57,768 bases of DNA, taken from positions 1-57,768 of the forward strand of contig JBGAGQ010000039.1 in assembly GCA_044226625.1 (NCBI GenBank). The letters are read 5' to 3'. The notes beneath the pieces were generated by a model that did not search any database, had not been told where the DNA came from, and was given only the letters and a program-made list of their open reading frames with translations. The translations under genes and the position numbers were made by a program. This document shows positions 1-9,129 of this stretch, piece after piece (position 1 is the stretch's first letter; every line of letters starts with the position of its first letter). Source of the DNA: Thermoanaerobaculia bacterium (GTDB lineage: Bacteria; Acidobacteriota; Thermoanaerobaculia; Multivoradales; UBA5704).

Positions 1-797
1 GAGACGACGACCAGACGGCTCTGCATCTCCTCTCGCCAGACCAGGCAGTCGTAGAGCGACTTGCCCGCGGTGAGCAGCGGCGCGACGTCGATCACGTAAG
101 GCGAGAGGTGGAATACGCAGAAGCGCTCGGAGACACCGAAATCGTGGAGCACCGCCGGGCGGTCGAGCGGGATGCGGCGACGGAGCGCCAGCTGCCCGTC
201 TGGGGCGAAGCGGTAGAGGGTAACGCTCGGGTGCGCCCCGGCGAACGAGGCGCCGAAATGAATCAACTCACCGGTATGGGGATCGAGCTTCGGGTGCGCG
301 GCGAGCGGCGAAAGCGGGTTGAGCCGGCCGCCGAACGTGTACTCGGCGCGGGTCTCGAGCGTGTCGGGATCGAGGTCGTAGGGAAGCCCTTGCTCTCCGC
401 TCGCGATCAACCGCCCTTGCCAGGGAAAGACGCTGACGTTCGCGGGCGAGGCGAGCGCTACGCCGCGGATCAATCGATCGTTCGGGAATGCGGTGCCGAA
501 CGCGCGATAGAGCGCCCGCCCCTCCCCCTCCTCGTCCTGTCGCTTCGCGGTCGCCACGTAGCGCGCGGTGGCGCGAGGCGCCTCGTCTCCGCCGGCGAAT
601 CGGACCGCGATCACCCGTCCGTCTCCGTCGAGCCAATGCTGGTAGGCGACGCCTCCGCGGGCGAAGCTCGCCGGCCCGTTCGCGAGCCAGGTGCCGTGGA
701 GATAGCCCGGCAGCTCGCCTTCGACGCCAAGGGGGGCGGCATGAAGCTCCCCCGGCGCGTGGGCGAACGCGCGCTCGATTCCCGGTGCGAAGGTCAT
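1..797 (-). CDS. Carotenoid cleavage oxygenase / RPE65-family dioxygenase (3'-truncated at window edge)
   Basis: Not in the ORF track. My translation from ATG at 797 stays open to the window edge: MTFAPGIERAFAHAPGELHAAPLGVEGELPGYLHGTWLANGPA...YQHWLDGDG...SPANVSV...DLDPDTLET...LAAHPKLDPHTGELIHFG...VLHDFGVSERF. GxLP..GT..NGP, HWxDGDG, DPxTLET, AHPKxDP and HDF are hallmark CCO motifs. Confidence 0.9.
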   Translation of the reverse strand, partial: MTFAPGIERAFAHAPGELHAAPLGVEGELPGYLHGTWLANGPASFARGGVAYQHWLDGDGRVIAVRFAGGDEAPRATARYVATAKRQDEEGEGRALYRAFGTAFPNDRLIRGVALASPANVSVFPWQGRLIASGEQGLPYDLDPDTLETRAEYTFGGRLNPLSPLAAHPKLDPHTGELIHFGASFAGAHPSVTLYRFAPDGQLALRRRIPLDRPAVLHDFGVSERFCVFHLSPYVIDVAPLLTAGKSLYDCLVWREEMQSRLVVV

Positions 798-825
798 CGC
801 CCCATCTCTCTCAGGCGTCCGCCTC

Positions 826-2634
826 TCAGGCGACCGCGAGCTCCGGCGCGGCCGGCATCGGCTCCGACTTCATCTGGCGCTGATCGGGCGGCACCGGCGG
901 ACCGAGCGCGCGCCGGAGGCCCATCGGGCAGAAGCCCCAATCCATCTCGCCGGGGACGTCCTTCGTCTCCGCCCACACCCGCGCCAGCTCCTCCGGATCG
1001 AAGCGGAAGTCGTTCAGGTCCCAATGCTCGGCAAACGCCCGACTCTTGAGCACCTCCTCGGTGCCGAGCACCGTCGAGGCGACGTGAGCGATCGCGTGCC
1101 GCGCCTGCACCTCGAGCCGGGAGAGCGCGTAGTCGAGCCGGTCGCGCGCCTCTGCCGGGTGGAGGCCGATCAGGTAGAAGTAGTCCTGGGACTCCTTGAG
1201 CGGCCCGATCTCGGAGAACTCGAAGAATACCGGGGCGGAAGGCGGCGGAAGGTTCGCCGCGAACTTCCAGCGCTGGAAGTCGGCGAGGAACTTCTGGAGC
1301 GAGGCGTTCATCGGCCCGAGCTTCGAGAACCGGCGCATGAACATCGGCAAGAAGGTCAGGTTGGTGTACAGGTCGTTGATGAACGGGAAGACGTAGAAGA
1401 AGAAGTAGATCGCGAGCTCCCAGGAGTAACGGAGCGAGAACGCTTCCTGATCGCCGAGCGTGTTGTACGAGACCGCGAAGCTCGGCACGTACCCTTCATA
1501 GATCGCGCGCGCGAGCGTCTCGTAGAGGCGCGCCTTGGTGGTGAGCAGATCCTGGGTCGGCGTCTTCAGAATCGCGTCGGCGATCAGGGTGTTGTGGGTC
1601 GAGATCAGGTCGCCCCCCGGACTGTAGAGGGGATCCGAGAACCGCCCCGCCTCGCCCGCGAGCGCCCAGCGGTCGGGGGAGATCATCTGCTTGACGTCGA
1701 GCGAGAACGAAGTGAACCCCGAGTGGTCGAAATGCTTGCGATAGGGCAGATCGCGGGCGAACGCCGGGAACGTTCGGCAGACCCAGTCGATCAGTTTCTC
1801 CGCGGTGTTGACCTCCAGCCGGTCGACTTTTTCGACGTCGTAGACGAGGCCCAGGCTGGTCTTGCCATGGAGCGGGATGGTCCAGAACCAGTACCCGTCG
1901 CCGCAGAAGTGGTTGGTCGCGAGGAAGAACGGCATGTGGCCGGTCTTGCTCCGATCGGGGCGCTTGCGGATCTCGGGCGCGGAGAGGTCGGTGAGCTTCT
2001 CGGCGTCGAGCAGACCCTCGACCCAAACGAACGAGGTGCCATGGCGGATCGGGCTCTCGGTTCCGAGGCCGAGCTTCTTGGCGAGGAAACGCCAGCGGCC
2101 GGAGGCGTCGACCACCCATCGGGCGGTCCCGGAGACCGCCTCGCCTTGGGCGTCGACGAAACGGAACGCGTGGCGCCCGTCGACGTCTTCCGTCGCTTGG
2201 TTGAGATCGATCTCGAGCGACGAGATCGGCGCGGCGAAGGAGAAACGGGCGTCGGCGGAGCACGCCTCGAGCAGCCCTTCCTCGAAGACGTTGCGGTCGA
2301 GCTGGTAGGTCGCGATGTTCGAGATCTGCCGCAGATAAGACTGGCTGAACCCCTCGGCGCGATCCTCGAATCCCGGGGTCTTCCACCAGAAGCGCAGGTT
2401 GTACTTGAGGTAGTGCTTCCGTAGCAGATGCTCCTCCATCTCGAGCACCCGCGAGTAGTAATAGCCGCTCATCTGGACCGTCGCTTCCCCAACCTTCTGC
2501 TTCTTCGGCGGGATCTCGCGGCGATCGAGCAGGAGAACCGATTCGACCCCGCCGAGCAGGAGCTGACGGGCGAGCGAGAGGCCGGCGAGGCCGGCTCCTA
2601 GGATCAGGACGTCGCAGTCTTGGGTGCGTACCAT
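826..2634 (-). CDS. FAD-dependent halogenase-like protein (tryptophan halogenase superfamily), ~602 aa
   Basis: GAGLAG Rossmann motif, KVGEAT, YQLDR, VDASG, WxWxIP halogenase fingerprint (YWFWTIPL, ~1870-1890), GEAGRFSDPLYSPG. ATG 2634 with upstream AGGAG is preferred over the ORF-track start at 2703. Confidence 0.75.
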   Translation of the reverse strand: MVRTQDCDVLILGAGLAGLSLARQLLLGGVESVLLLDRREIPPKKQKVGEATVQMSGYYYSRVLEMEEHLLRKHYLKYNLRFWWKTPGFEDRAEGFSQSYLRQISNIATYQLDRNVFEEGLLEACSADARFSFAAPISSLEIDLNQATEDVDGRHAFRFVDAQGEAVSGTARWVVDASGRWRFLAKKLGLGTESPIRHGTSFVWVEGLLDAEKLTDLSAPEIRKRPDRSKTGHMPFFLATNHFCGDGYWFWTIPLHGKTSLGLVYDVEKVDRLEVNTAEKLIDWVCRTFPAFARDLPYRKHFDHSGFTSFSLDVKQMISPDRWALAGEAGRFSDPLYSPGGDLISTHNTLIADAILKTPTQDLLTTKARLYETLARAIYEGYVPSFAVSYNTLGDQEAFSLRYSWELAIYFFFYVFPFINDLYTNLTFLPMFMRRFSKLGPMNASLQKFLADFQRWKFAANLPPPSAPVFFEFSEIGPLKESQDYFYLIGLHPAEARDRLDYALSRLEVQARHAIAHVASTVLGTEEVLKSRAFAEHWDLNDFRFDPEELARVWAETKDVPGEMDWGFCPMGLRRALGPPVPPDQRQMKSEPMPAAPELAVA

Positions 2635-2709
2635 GGTGTGGCGTCTCCTCGCAGTATTCCGGTTACGAGCTTCCTCGAAAACGTCATGCCTACCGACTTC
2701 CAATAGATC

Positions 2710-3942
2710 TCATGGCGCGGCCAGCGCCACGGCGATCGCCGTTCCTTCGGCCGCAAACGCGGTCGCGAGGCCGAGCGCGCCGGGTTCGATCTCGATCGTC
2801 CGGGCGGCGCTCGAAAGGTCGAGCCCCACGGTGTCGTCGACCGACTCGAGCCCGGCGATGCCGGGCAGGCGGCCATCGCCGAGCGTCGCGATCAGGCTTA
2901 TGGCCTGGAACGGACCGGACGCGCCGAGCGCCTCTCCGGTCGTCGACTTGATTGCCGAGACGGGGACGGGACGCGAACCGGCCATTTCGAGACCGCACGC
3001 AATCCCGGACGCCTCGCGGCGATCGAGCTCGACCGCGCCGCTCGCGCCGGAGGCCACGCAGACGAGCCGCTCCGCGCCGCCTTCCGACAGCGCGGTCGCG
3101 ATAGCGCGGGCGAGCGCATTCCCCCGATCCGTGGCCTCCGCTGTTCCCGGGCGGGCGGGAGAAAAGGCGGCGCCGCTCGAGACGACGCGGGCGAGCACCT
3201 TGGCCCCGCGCTCGGCCGCGATCTCGGCCGCTTCGAGCACGAGCACGCCCGCCCCTTCGGCGGGCGCGAAGCCGTCGTGCCGAGCGTCGAACGGGATCGG
3301 GCGTCCCGGGTCGCCGCAGAGCCTTCCCGCCCGCGAATAGCCGAGCGCCGACTCGAAGCAGAGCTCCTCCACCCCAGCGGCGAGGACGACGTCGGTCTGG
3401 CCGCTCCGGATCAGATCAGCCGCATAGGCGATCGCCTGGAGGCCCGAGGCCTCGCCGCCCGCGAGCGTCGAGTTCACCCCGGTGAGCTTGTGCCAGATCG
3501 CCGCCTGGCCCGCCGCCGCGTTGATCACGCTGTTGGCGAAGTCGAACGGCGAGACGTAGTTCGGGCCGAGCTTCAGGCCGCGGCGGTCGAACTCGCTGAT
3601 CGTGTGCACGCTGCAATAGGTCGTACCGACGGCGAGCGAAAGCTCACGATCGCCGCGGCCCTCCTCGGTCCAACCGGAGTCCTCGAGCGCGCGCGAAACC
3701 GCGGAGATCAGCAGCCGCGACGTCCGGTCGAGCGGGCGCAAATTGCGGTCGCCCAGATAGAGCTCGGGCGAAAACGGGCGGATCTCGCCGCCGAATCGGG
3801 TCGACAGAACCGCCGGATCGAACAGCTCGATCGGTTTCAATGCGCTACGCCCCTCGAGCAGCGCCGCGACGAACGCCGCCGGATCGTCGCCTAGGGGCGA
3901 GATCACGCCGAGGCCGGTGACCACCACATCACGCGATGCCAC
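2710..3942 (-). CDS. Ketosynthase-like protein lacking catalytic residues (chain-length-factor-like partner)
   Basis: KS fold N-terminus (VVVTGLGVISPLG). The active-site TAC-AAG aligns to GGE-ASG (Cys to Glu), HGTGT is replaced by GASG and KSxxGH by KSTTGE. Overlaps the upstream KS gene by 14 bp. Confidence 0.85.
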   Translation of the reverse strand: MASRDVVVTGLGVISPLGDDPAAFVAALLEGRSALKPIELFDPAVLSTRFGGEIRPFSPELYLGDRNLRPLDRTSRLLISAVSRALEDSGWTEEGRGDRELSLAVGTTYCSVHTISEFDRRGLKLGPNYVSPFDFANSVINAAAGQAAIWHKLTGVNSTLAGGEASGLQAIAYAADLIRSGQTDVVLAAGVEELCFESALGYSRAGRLCGDPGRPIPFDARHDGFAPAEGAGVLVLEAAEIAAERGAKVLARVVSSGAAFSPARPGTAEATDRGNALARAIATALSEGGAERLVCVASGASGAVELDRREASGIACGLEMAGSRPVPVSAIKSTTGEALGASGPFQAISLIATLGDGRLPGIAGLESVDDTVGLDLSSAARTIEIEPGALGLATAFAAEGTAIAVALAAP

Positions 3943-5161
3943 GCGGCCTCCGGAAGAGTACCGACGCGTTGTTGCCGCCGAAGGCGTAGGCGTTGTTCAT
4001 GGCGATCTCGACCGGCATCCGCCGCGCTTCGTTCGGCACGCAGTCGAGGTCGCACTCCGGGTCGGGCTCGCCGTAGTTCATCGTCGGCGGCACCCACCCC
4101 TCATGGATCGCCAGGGCACAGACGGCCGCCTCGATCGCCGAGGCCGCCCCCATCGTGTGGCCGATCATCGACTTGATGGAGCTCACCGGCACCCGCGTGG
4201 GACGACCGAAGACGCGGTGGACGGCGAGGGTTTCGAGCTTGTCGTTGGTCGGCGTGCCGGTGCCGTGGGCGCTCACGTAGGACACCTCGTCGGCGGCGAT
4301 GCCGCTCGACCGGAGTGCGCGTTCCATGGCGCGCGCGGGGCCGACCCCTTCGGGATGCGCCGCGGTCATGTGGTGGGCGTCGCAGGAGAGGCCGTAACCG
4401 GCGACCTCGGCGTAGATCCGGGCCCCGCGCCGCACCGCGTCCTCGGTGCGTTCGAGCACCAGCACTCCCGCCCCCTCGCCGGGGATCATTCCCAGGCGCC
4501 CTTTGGCGAACGGCCGAACCACGTCCGGGGCGATCGCGCCCAGCTTGGCGAAGCCGGTGTAGGTGATGCGGGAAAACGAGTCCGCCCCGCCCGCTAGCAT
4601 GCGGTCGGCGCGACCGGAGCGGAGCACGTCGAACGCATGGCCGATCGCGTAGTTGCCCGCGGCGCAGGCGGTCGGGAGCATCTGGTTAGGCCCCTGGAAG
4701 CCGAGCTCGGCGGCGACGTTGGCGGCGATCAGATGGCAGGGGTAGCGGCCGGCGAGCTCGCCGCCGAGCTCCGCCAGCCGGTCGGAGAGCAGGAGATCGG
4801 ACAGGTGCTCGATCTCGAGCGGCTCGCCCGAGGTGGTGCCCATCGCGACGCCGAAGCGCTGCGCTTGATCCGGCGTGAGTCGATCCGCTTCGAGGTCCGC
4901 ATCGGCGAGGGCGAGGCGGGCGGCGGCGATCGCGAGCTGCGACGCTCGCCCCACCGCATCGATCGGGGTCCGGCGCAGCCAGGCCGCGGGATCGAAATCG
5001 AGCACTTCCGCCCCGAGGTGGGCGTTATGACGGGAGGTGTCGAACGACGACACCGGGCTGAAGCCGGATCGCCCGGCCAAGAGGCCGGGCCAGACCGTCT
5101 CGTGCCCGAGGCCGATCGGGGTCACCATCCCCAACCCGGTCACAGCGATCGAGTTCATCAC
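3929..5161 (-). CDS. Beta-ketoacyl-ACP synthase (FabF/KS-alpha-like), catalytic
   Basis: Intact Cys-His-His triad: TACAAG, SAHGTGT, KSMIGHTMGAA; C-terminal NAYAFGGNN. Confidence 0.92.
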   Translation of the reverse strand: MMNSIAVTGLGMVTPIGLGHETVWPGLLAGRSGFSPVSSFDTSRHNAHLGAEVLDFDPAAWLRRTPIDAVGRASQLAIAAARLALADADLEADRLTPDQAQRFGVAMGTTSGEPLEIEHLSDLLLSDRLAELGGELAGRYPCHLIAANVAAELGFQGPNQMLPTACAAGNYAIGHAFDVLRSGRADRMLAGGADSFSRITYTGFAKLGAIAPDVVRPFAKGRLGMIPGEGAGVLVLERTEDAVRRGARIYAEVAGYGLSCDAHHMTAAHPEGVGPARAMERALRSSGIAADEVSYVSAHGTGTPTNDKLETLAVHRVFGRPTRVPVSSIKSMIGHTMGAASAIEAAVCALAIHEGWVPPTMNYGEPDPECDLDCVPNEARRMPVEIAMNNAYAFGGNNASVLFRRPRGIA

Positions 5162-5181
5162 GAGAGCCTAGGGAGCTCCGT

Positions 5182-5445
5182 TCAGGCCGAAACCGGTGCG
5201 AGCTCGGCCAGGCGCGTTTCGACCAGGGAGACCATCTCCGGCAGCGTGCCGATCGACTTGTAACGGTCGTCGGGAAGGTTCAACTGGAAGGAGTAATCGA
5301 CGTCGACGCCGATCTCGAGCAGCGACAGCGAATCCAGCGCCAGGTCGTCGCGCAGCGAATCCTCGTCGCCGATCTTCTCCCGCTTCAACCCGGCGACGTT
5401 GGCGATGATGTCCTTGATCTTTTCGCGGATTTCGTTTCGATCCAT
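5182..5445 (-). CDS. Discrete acyl carrier protein
   Basis: 87 aa acidic protein with LALDSL phosphopantetheine motif; GGGAGG RBS upstream; adjacent to the KS genes. Confidence 0.92.
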   Translation of the reverse strand: MDRNEIREKIKDIIANVAGLKREKIGDEDSLRDDLALDSLSLLEIGVDVDYSFQLNLPDDRYKSIGTLPEMVSLVETRLAELAPVSA

Positions 5446-5499
5446 GGCCTACCTCCCGGTGTTGCCCGCCGCCCGGCGGATCTTGCTCGTCCTGCCGAT

Positions 5500-5580
5500 C
5501 GATCCTAGGCGCCCGAAGCCCGAAAGTGAATCTTTCTCAGCGTCGGAAGGTCCTTTGAAATAAGGACTTGCGCGTCTATC
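5500..5580 (-). promoter_or_regulatory. Probable promoter/operator region of the ACP-KS-CLF-halogenase-CCO operon
   Basis: AT-richer patch in the longest intergenic gap (5446-5734). Contains the inverted repeat GTCCTT-N6-AAGGAC at 5550-5567. No clear -35/-10 could be assigned. Confidence 0.35.
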
Positions 5581-5734
5581 GCCGACCGGATCGTCAGCTC
5601 GCCCAAGAGAGGCTCCGGAAGCGCCCGAAGCGTTACATCTCCCGTGTCCGGGAGGGCGAGAAGCGGGACCCGAGCCGCTCAGCGGCTCAGGGAAGGAATC
5701 CGGCGGAGGCCTCGGAAATGAAGCCGTCGCAGGC

Positions 5735-6616
5735 TCAGAGAAGGAGGATCAGGGCGACGCCGCCGGCCATCAGCAGGACCGCCAGCAGCTTTCTGGGTGT
5801 GAGCGGCTCGTGGAAGGCGAGGCGGCCGACGCCGAGCGCGAACAGGCTGCCGACCGTCCGCTTGAGCGTCTCGACGACGCTCACCCAGACCCATTGCAGA
5901 GCGGCGAGCTGCGCGCCGAGCGCCACGCCCGAAACGCCGAGCGCGGCGAGGAAGACGAGCGGCTTGCGCTTGACCTCGACCAGCCGATGCAGCTCTCTCC
6001 GCTGTGCGAGCAGCAGGAGCCCGCCGAGGGCGACGCCCGCGTTCATCACGAGAGCATGGAACGGCGGATGCGATCGGGTGACCGCAAGCTTGTCGAGCGG
6101 GATGGTGAGCGACCAGAAGAGCGCGGTGCCCGCCATCATCCGGAAGCTGCGGCGCGCGACGATCGCGCGCCAGCTCCACCCGCCCTCGCCGCTCGCGGTC
6201 TGCAGGACGAACGCCCCGCCGACCACGAGCGCGATGCCGCAGCCGTCGAGGAACGTCGGCCGCTCGCCGAGCAGGGGGATCGCGAGCAGGGCGGCGAACG
6301 CCGGGGTGAGCGAGAGGAGCGGCACGGCGACCGACAGCTCCCCCGTGCGCAACGCCTCCAGGTACATCAGGTTCGCCGCGACGTTGAGGGCGATCGAGGC
6401 GAGCGCCACCACCCAATAGCCGGGAGCGGCCGAGAAGCCCCCCTCGAGGGCCGCCCAGATCGCGAACGGCGGGATCGAGGCGAGACAGAGCAGGGCCATC
6501 AAGGGCAGCGGGCCGATCTCCCGCGCAAGCAGCTTGCGCAGCAGATCGAACCCCGCCCAGGAGACGGCGGAGAGCAGGACGAGGGCAAGCGGCCCGGCGG
6601 CGATCCCAGCGAACAT
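5735..6616 (-). CDS. EamA/DMT-family membrane transporter
   Basis: 293 aa, very hydrophobic, two-fold repeat with about 10 TM segments; typical DMT segments (AVPLLSLTPAF..LLGERP, ..FHEPLTPRKLLAVLLMAGG). Confidence 0.85.
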   Translation of the reverse strand: MFAGIAAGPLALVLLSAVSWAGFDLLRKLLAREIGPLPLMALLCLASIPPFAIWAALEGGFSAAPGYWVVALASIALNVAANLMYLEALRTGELSVAVPLLSLTPAFAALLAIPLLGERPTFLDGCGIALVVGGAFVLQTASGEGGWSWRAIVARRSFRMMAGTALFWSLTIPLDKLAVTRSHPPFHALVMNAGVALGGLLLLAQRRELHRLVEVKRKPLVFLAALGVSGVALGAQLAALQWVWVSVVETLKRTVGSLFALGVGRLAFHEPLTPRKLLAVLLMAGGVALILLL

Positions 6617-6696
6617 GTCGGTAGAGCGGGGCGCGCCCCGAGGCGCGCGACTCTACCGCGGAAACGGCGCCACGCCGCGCGGCCGGCGACTCGGTC

Positions 6697-7512
6697 CTAT
6701 CCCGGCTTTCGTGCCGTCACGGCGAAGAAGCGGTTCGGTTGGACCAGCCGTTCGGCGAGCTTGAGGCGCGCTTTTTCCGCCGCGTCGATCTCGGCCAGCT
6801 CGTGCAACCGGACCTCCTCGAACCCCGCCTGGGCGATCAGCTCCGGGAAACGGCGCCGGTTTCCGGGGGCGCGGAGCGGCAGGTGCTTTTCGAAGCTCCC
6901 GTCGTAGCCGCGGCGGAGCCGGCGCCGGGCCGCCCACGGGTTGCGCCGCGTGGCGAGCAGCAGGAGCAAGCTGCCCAGGAAGCGCTTCACGCGATAGGAC
7001 GGCGGGTCGTCGAACCAGTCGCCGTCGACCACGACGAGCAGTCCACCCGGGGCGAGCACGCGATACCAATCGGCGAGCGCCTTGTCGGGCTCCGGCAAGG
7101 TCCACAAGACGTTGCGGTTGATCACCCGATCGTAGGCACCGTCCGGTTCGGGACACCCTTCGGCGTCCGCGACCTCGAACTTCGCCTTGAGCCCGCGCTC
7201 ACCGGCGAGCTCGCGCGCCCGGTCGATCATGCCCGGCGACAGATCCAGCCCGCGAACGGAGTGGCCCAGCTCCGCGGCGAGCAGGGCGAGGAAGCCGGTC
7301 CCGGTCCCGACGTCGAGCACCCTCTGCGGCGCCGGCCCGAGCGCGCCCTCGAGGAAGGAGAGCCAGGCGCGGCGCTGGCGTTCGAGTGTGATGCCCTGGG
7401 CGCGCTCGAACCCGCGGCTTCGCTCGTCCCAGTAGCGGGCGAGCCTCGCCTTGAGGTCCGAGGTGTCGGGCCTAGCCGCGGGACCGGTCGATGCGGCCTG
7501 CTCCGCACTCAC
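6697..7512 (-). CDS. Class I SAM-dependent methyltransferase, ~271 aa
   Basis: VLDVGTGTG motif I, GLDLSPGM, ADAE, YDRVINRNVLWTL, LAPGG. Likely start is GTG 7512, a GTGA overlap with the upstream stop; the ORF-track extension to 8001 is out-of-frame overlap. Confidence 0.88.
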   Translation of the reverse strand: MSAEQAASTGPAARPDTSDLKARLARYWDERSRGFERAQGITLERQRRAWLSFLEGALGPAPQRVLDVGTGTGFLALLAAELGHSVRGLDLSPGMIDRARELAGERGLKAKFEVADAEGCPEPDGAYDRVINRNVLWTLPEPDKALADWYRVLAPGGLLVVVDGDWFDDPPSYRVKRFLGSLLLLLATRRNPWAARRRLRRGYDGSFEKHLPLRAPGNRRRFPELIAQAGFEEVRLHELAEIDAAEKARLKLAERLVQPNRFFAVTARKPG

Positions 7513-9110
7513 GCCGAAACCGCCCAGGCGCCGGCCTCGGTTTCTGCCTCCGTGAGCTCCGTGAGGGCCATCTCGCGATCGAGATAGGCCAGCAGCGGCT
7601 TGCGGTGGAGCGCCTCGTCGCGCCATTCGCCGAAAAGGTGCTCGAGCAGGTGGTGCTCGGAGATCTTCGTGCCGCCACGGTAGTGCCGGATCACCGGGTG
7701 GAGGAAGAAGCTCTCCTGCGCCCGGTCGGGATCGGGACGGCGCTCCACGCTGAAGGGGTCGCCGTCGGTCCTGCCGAACTCGAGCGTCACGACGAATTGA
7801 CTGGAGGCGGCGAGAGAGCCCTCCCGCAGGTAGTCGACCGGCATCTCCTCGAGCAGTCGGATCGGTCCCTCCCCCTCCGGCAGCACGAAAATCTCGCCGA
7901 GGTAGCCGAACATCTGCCAGAGCGCGGAGGTCCGGTTGATCCGCGCGAGGATCGCCTCGGCCAACCCCTCCGGCGTGGGTTCGACCTCCGGTCCGGGCCA
8001 CGCGGCGCCGTGGTAGCGCTCCTCAAGGATCCGATGGAGGGCACGGCAGTTGTAGCGGAACCCGTGGATGAAACCGGACGTGATCTTCTTGAAGTCGCGC
8101 ATCTGCATCAGCGTGCCCGCGATGTAGAGGCCCGGCACGTTCGTCGACTCCCAAGCGCTGGTCTGGGCGGGGAATCGATCGGCGATCGCGAGCTCCGGCC
8201 GGCAAGATTCGTCGAAGATCGAGGCATCGAAGCGGAATCCGGTGCAGACGATCACCCGGTCGTAGAGGAGCGCCTCCTGCTCCTCGTGGGCATGGCTGTA
8301 GGTGACCTTGACCTCGAAGCGGCCGTCGTCGCGCCGGGAGATGCGATCGATGACGCAGTCGAGCACAGCGTTCTGCGACTTGAGCTGATAGGTGTCGAGC
8401 ACGTTGTTGTTGACCGCCCGAAGATGCCCGACGTGATGGCTGCGCCACGCGAACTGCACCGGCCGGGGGCTCGCGATGTGGAGGATCGCCGCCCGCGAGA
8501 CCAGGTGGTCCGCGGTCTCGAAACCGGAGTTTCCCTTGCCGATGATCAACACGCGCTGGTCGCGGAACTCGTCGCGGTCGACCGAGACGTCGACGTAGCT
8601 GTCGGCCAGCTCAATGCCCGGGATCTCGGGGACGAACGCCCGCGACACCCCGGTCGCGACGACCAACCGCTCCACCGAGTAGCGCTTCCCCCCCTCGACC
8701 TCGACCTCGAACCGGTCCGGCCGAGAAATCCTTCGTACGCGGGATCCGAAGCGGACGCGCAGAGCGAACTGGGCCGCGAACTCTTCGAGGTACCGCACCA
8801 TGACGTCGGCGTGGGGGAAGAAGTCGAGGCTGTAGTTCTTGAACAGCATCTCGGGATCGTCGGAGAGCAGAGAGTTCCAATCGAAACGGAGATTGACTTC
8901 AGGATCGTCGCAGCCGGTGAACACCTTGTTGTTCGAGATCAGCTGCCGATGGCGCGGGAAGCGCCGGAAGAAGGCGCCGGCTCCCGAAGCCGCCTCGAGG
9001 ATCAAATAGTCGCGCCCCGCGCGCTCGAGGAAATACCCCAACTGCAGCCCGGCGGGTCCGGCTCCGACGATCAACGTCTCTACCGTTTCGACTTCTGCTC
9101 TTTCGGTCAT
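7509..9110 (-). CDS. FAD/NAD(P)H-dependent oxidoreductase, FMO-like fold (FOXRED2-like), ~533 aa
   Basis: Two Rossmann motifs (IVGAGPAG; IIGKGNSG), ATG and CTGF motifs, FPRHRQLISNNK and SGFIHGFRY segments that I recognise from FOXRED2-like flavoproteins. ATG 9110 has a GGAG RBS. Confidence 0.75.
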   Translation of the reverse strand: MTERAEVETVETLIVGAGPAGLQLGYFLERAGRDYLILEAASGAGAFFRRFPRHRQLISNNKVFTGCDDPEVNLRFDWNSLLSDDPEMLFKNYSLDFFPHADVMVRYLEEFAAQFALRVRFGSRVRRISRPDRFEVEVEGGKRYSVERLVVATGVSRAFVPEIPGIELADSYVDVSVDRDEFRDQRVLIIGKGNSGFETADHLVSRAAILHIASPRPVQFAWRSHHVGHLRAVNNNVLDTYQLKSQNAVLDCVIDRISRRDDGRFEVKVTYSHAHEEQEALLYDRVIVCTGFRFDASIFDESCRPELAIADRFPAQTSAWESTNVPGLYIAGTLMQMRDFKKITSGFIHGFRYNCRALHRILEERYHGAAWPGPEVEPTPEGLAEAILARINRTSALWQMFGYLGEIFVLPEGEGPIRLLEEMPVDYLREGSLAASSQFVVTLEFGRTDGDPFSVERRPDPDRAQESFFLHPVIRHYRGGTKISEHHLLEHLFGEWRDEALHRKPLLAYLDREMALTELTEAETEAGAWAVSA

Positions 9111-9129
9111 CGCAATTCTCCGAGAACCA

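Noticed and set aside
108-1049. Plus-strand 313-aa ORF
   Set aside because: Antisense to the carotenoid oxygenase and the halogenase end, which carry clear family motifs.
6631-6648. GC hairpin GCGCGCC-CCGA-GGCGCGC between the MT and EamA genes
   Set aside because: No U-tract, and such stems arise easily by chance at this GC content; not called as a terminator.
7513-8001. N-terminal extension of the methyltransferase ORF
   Set aside because: Overlaps the flavoprotein gene out of frame; GTG 7512 gives a normal-length MT.
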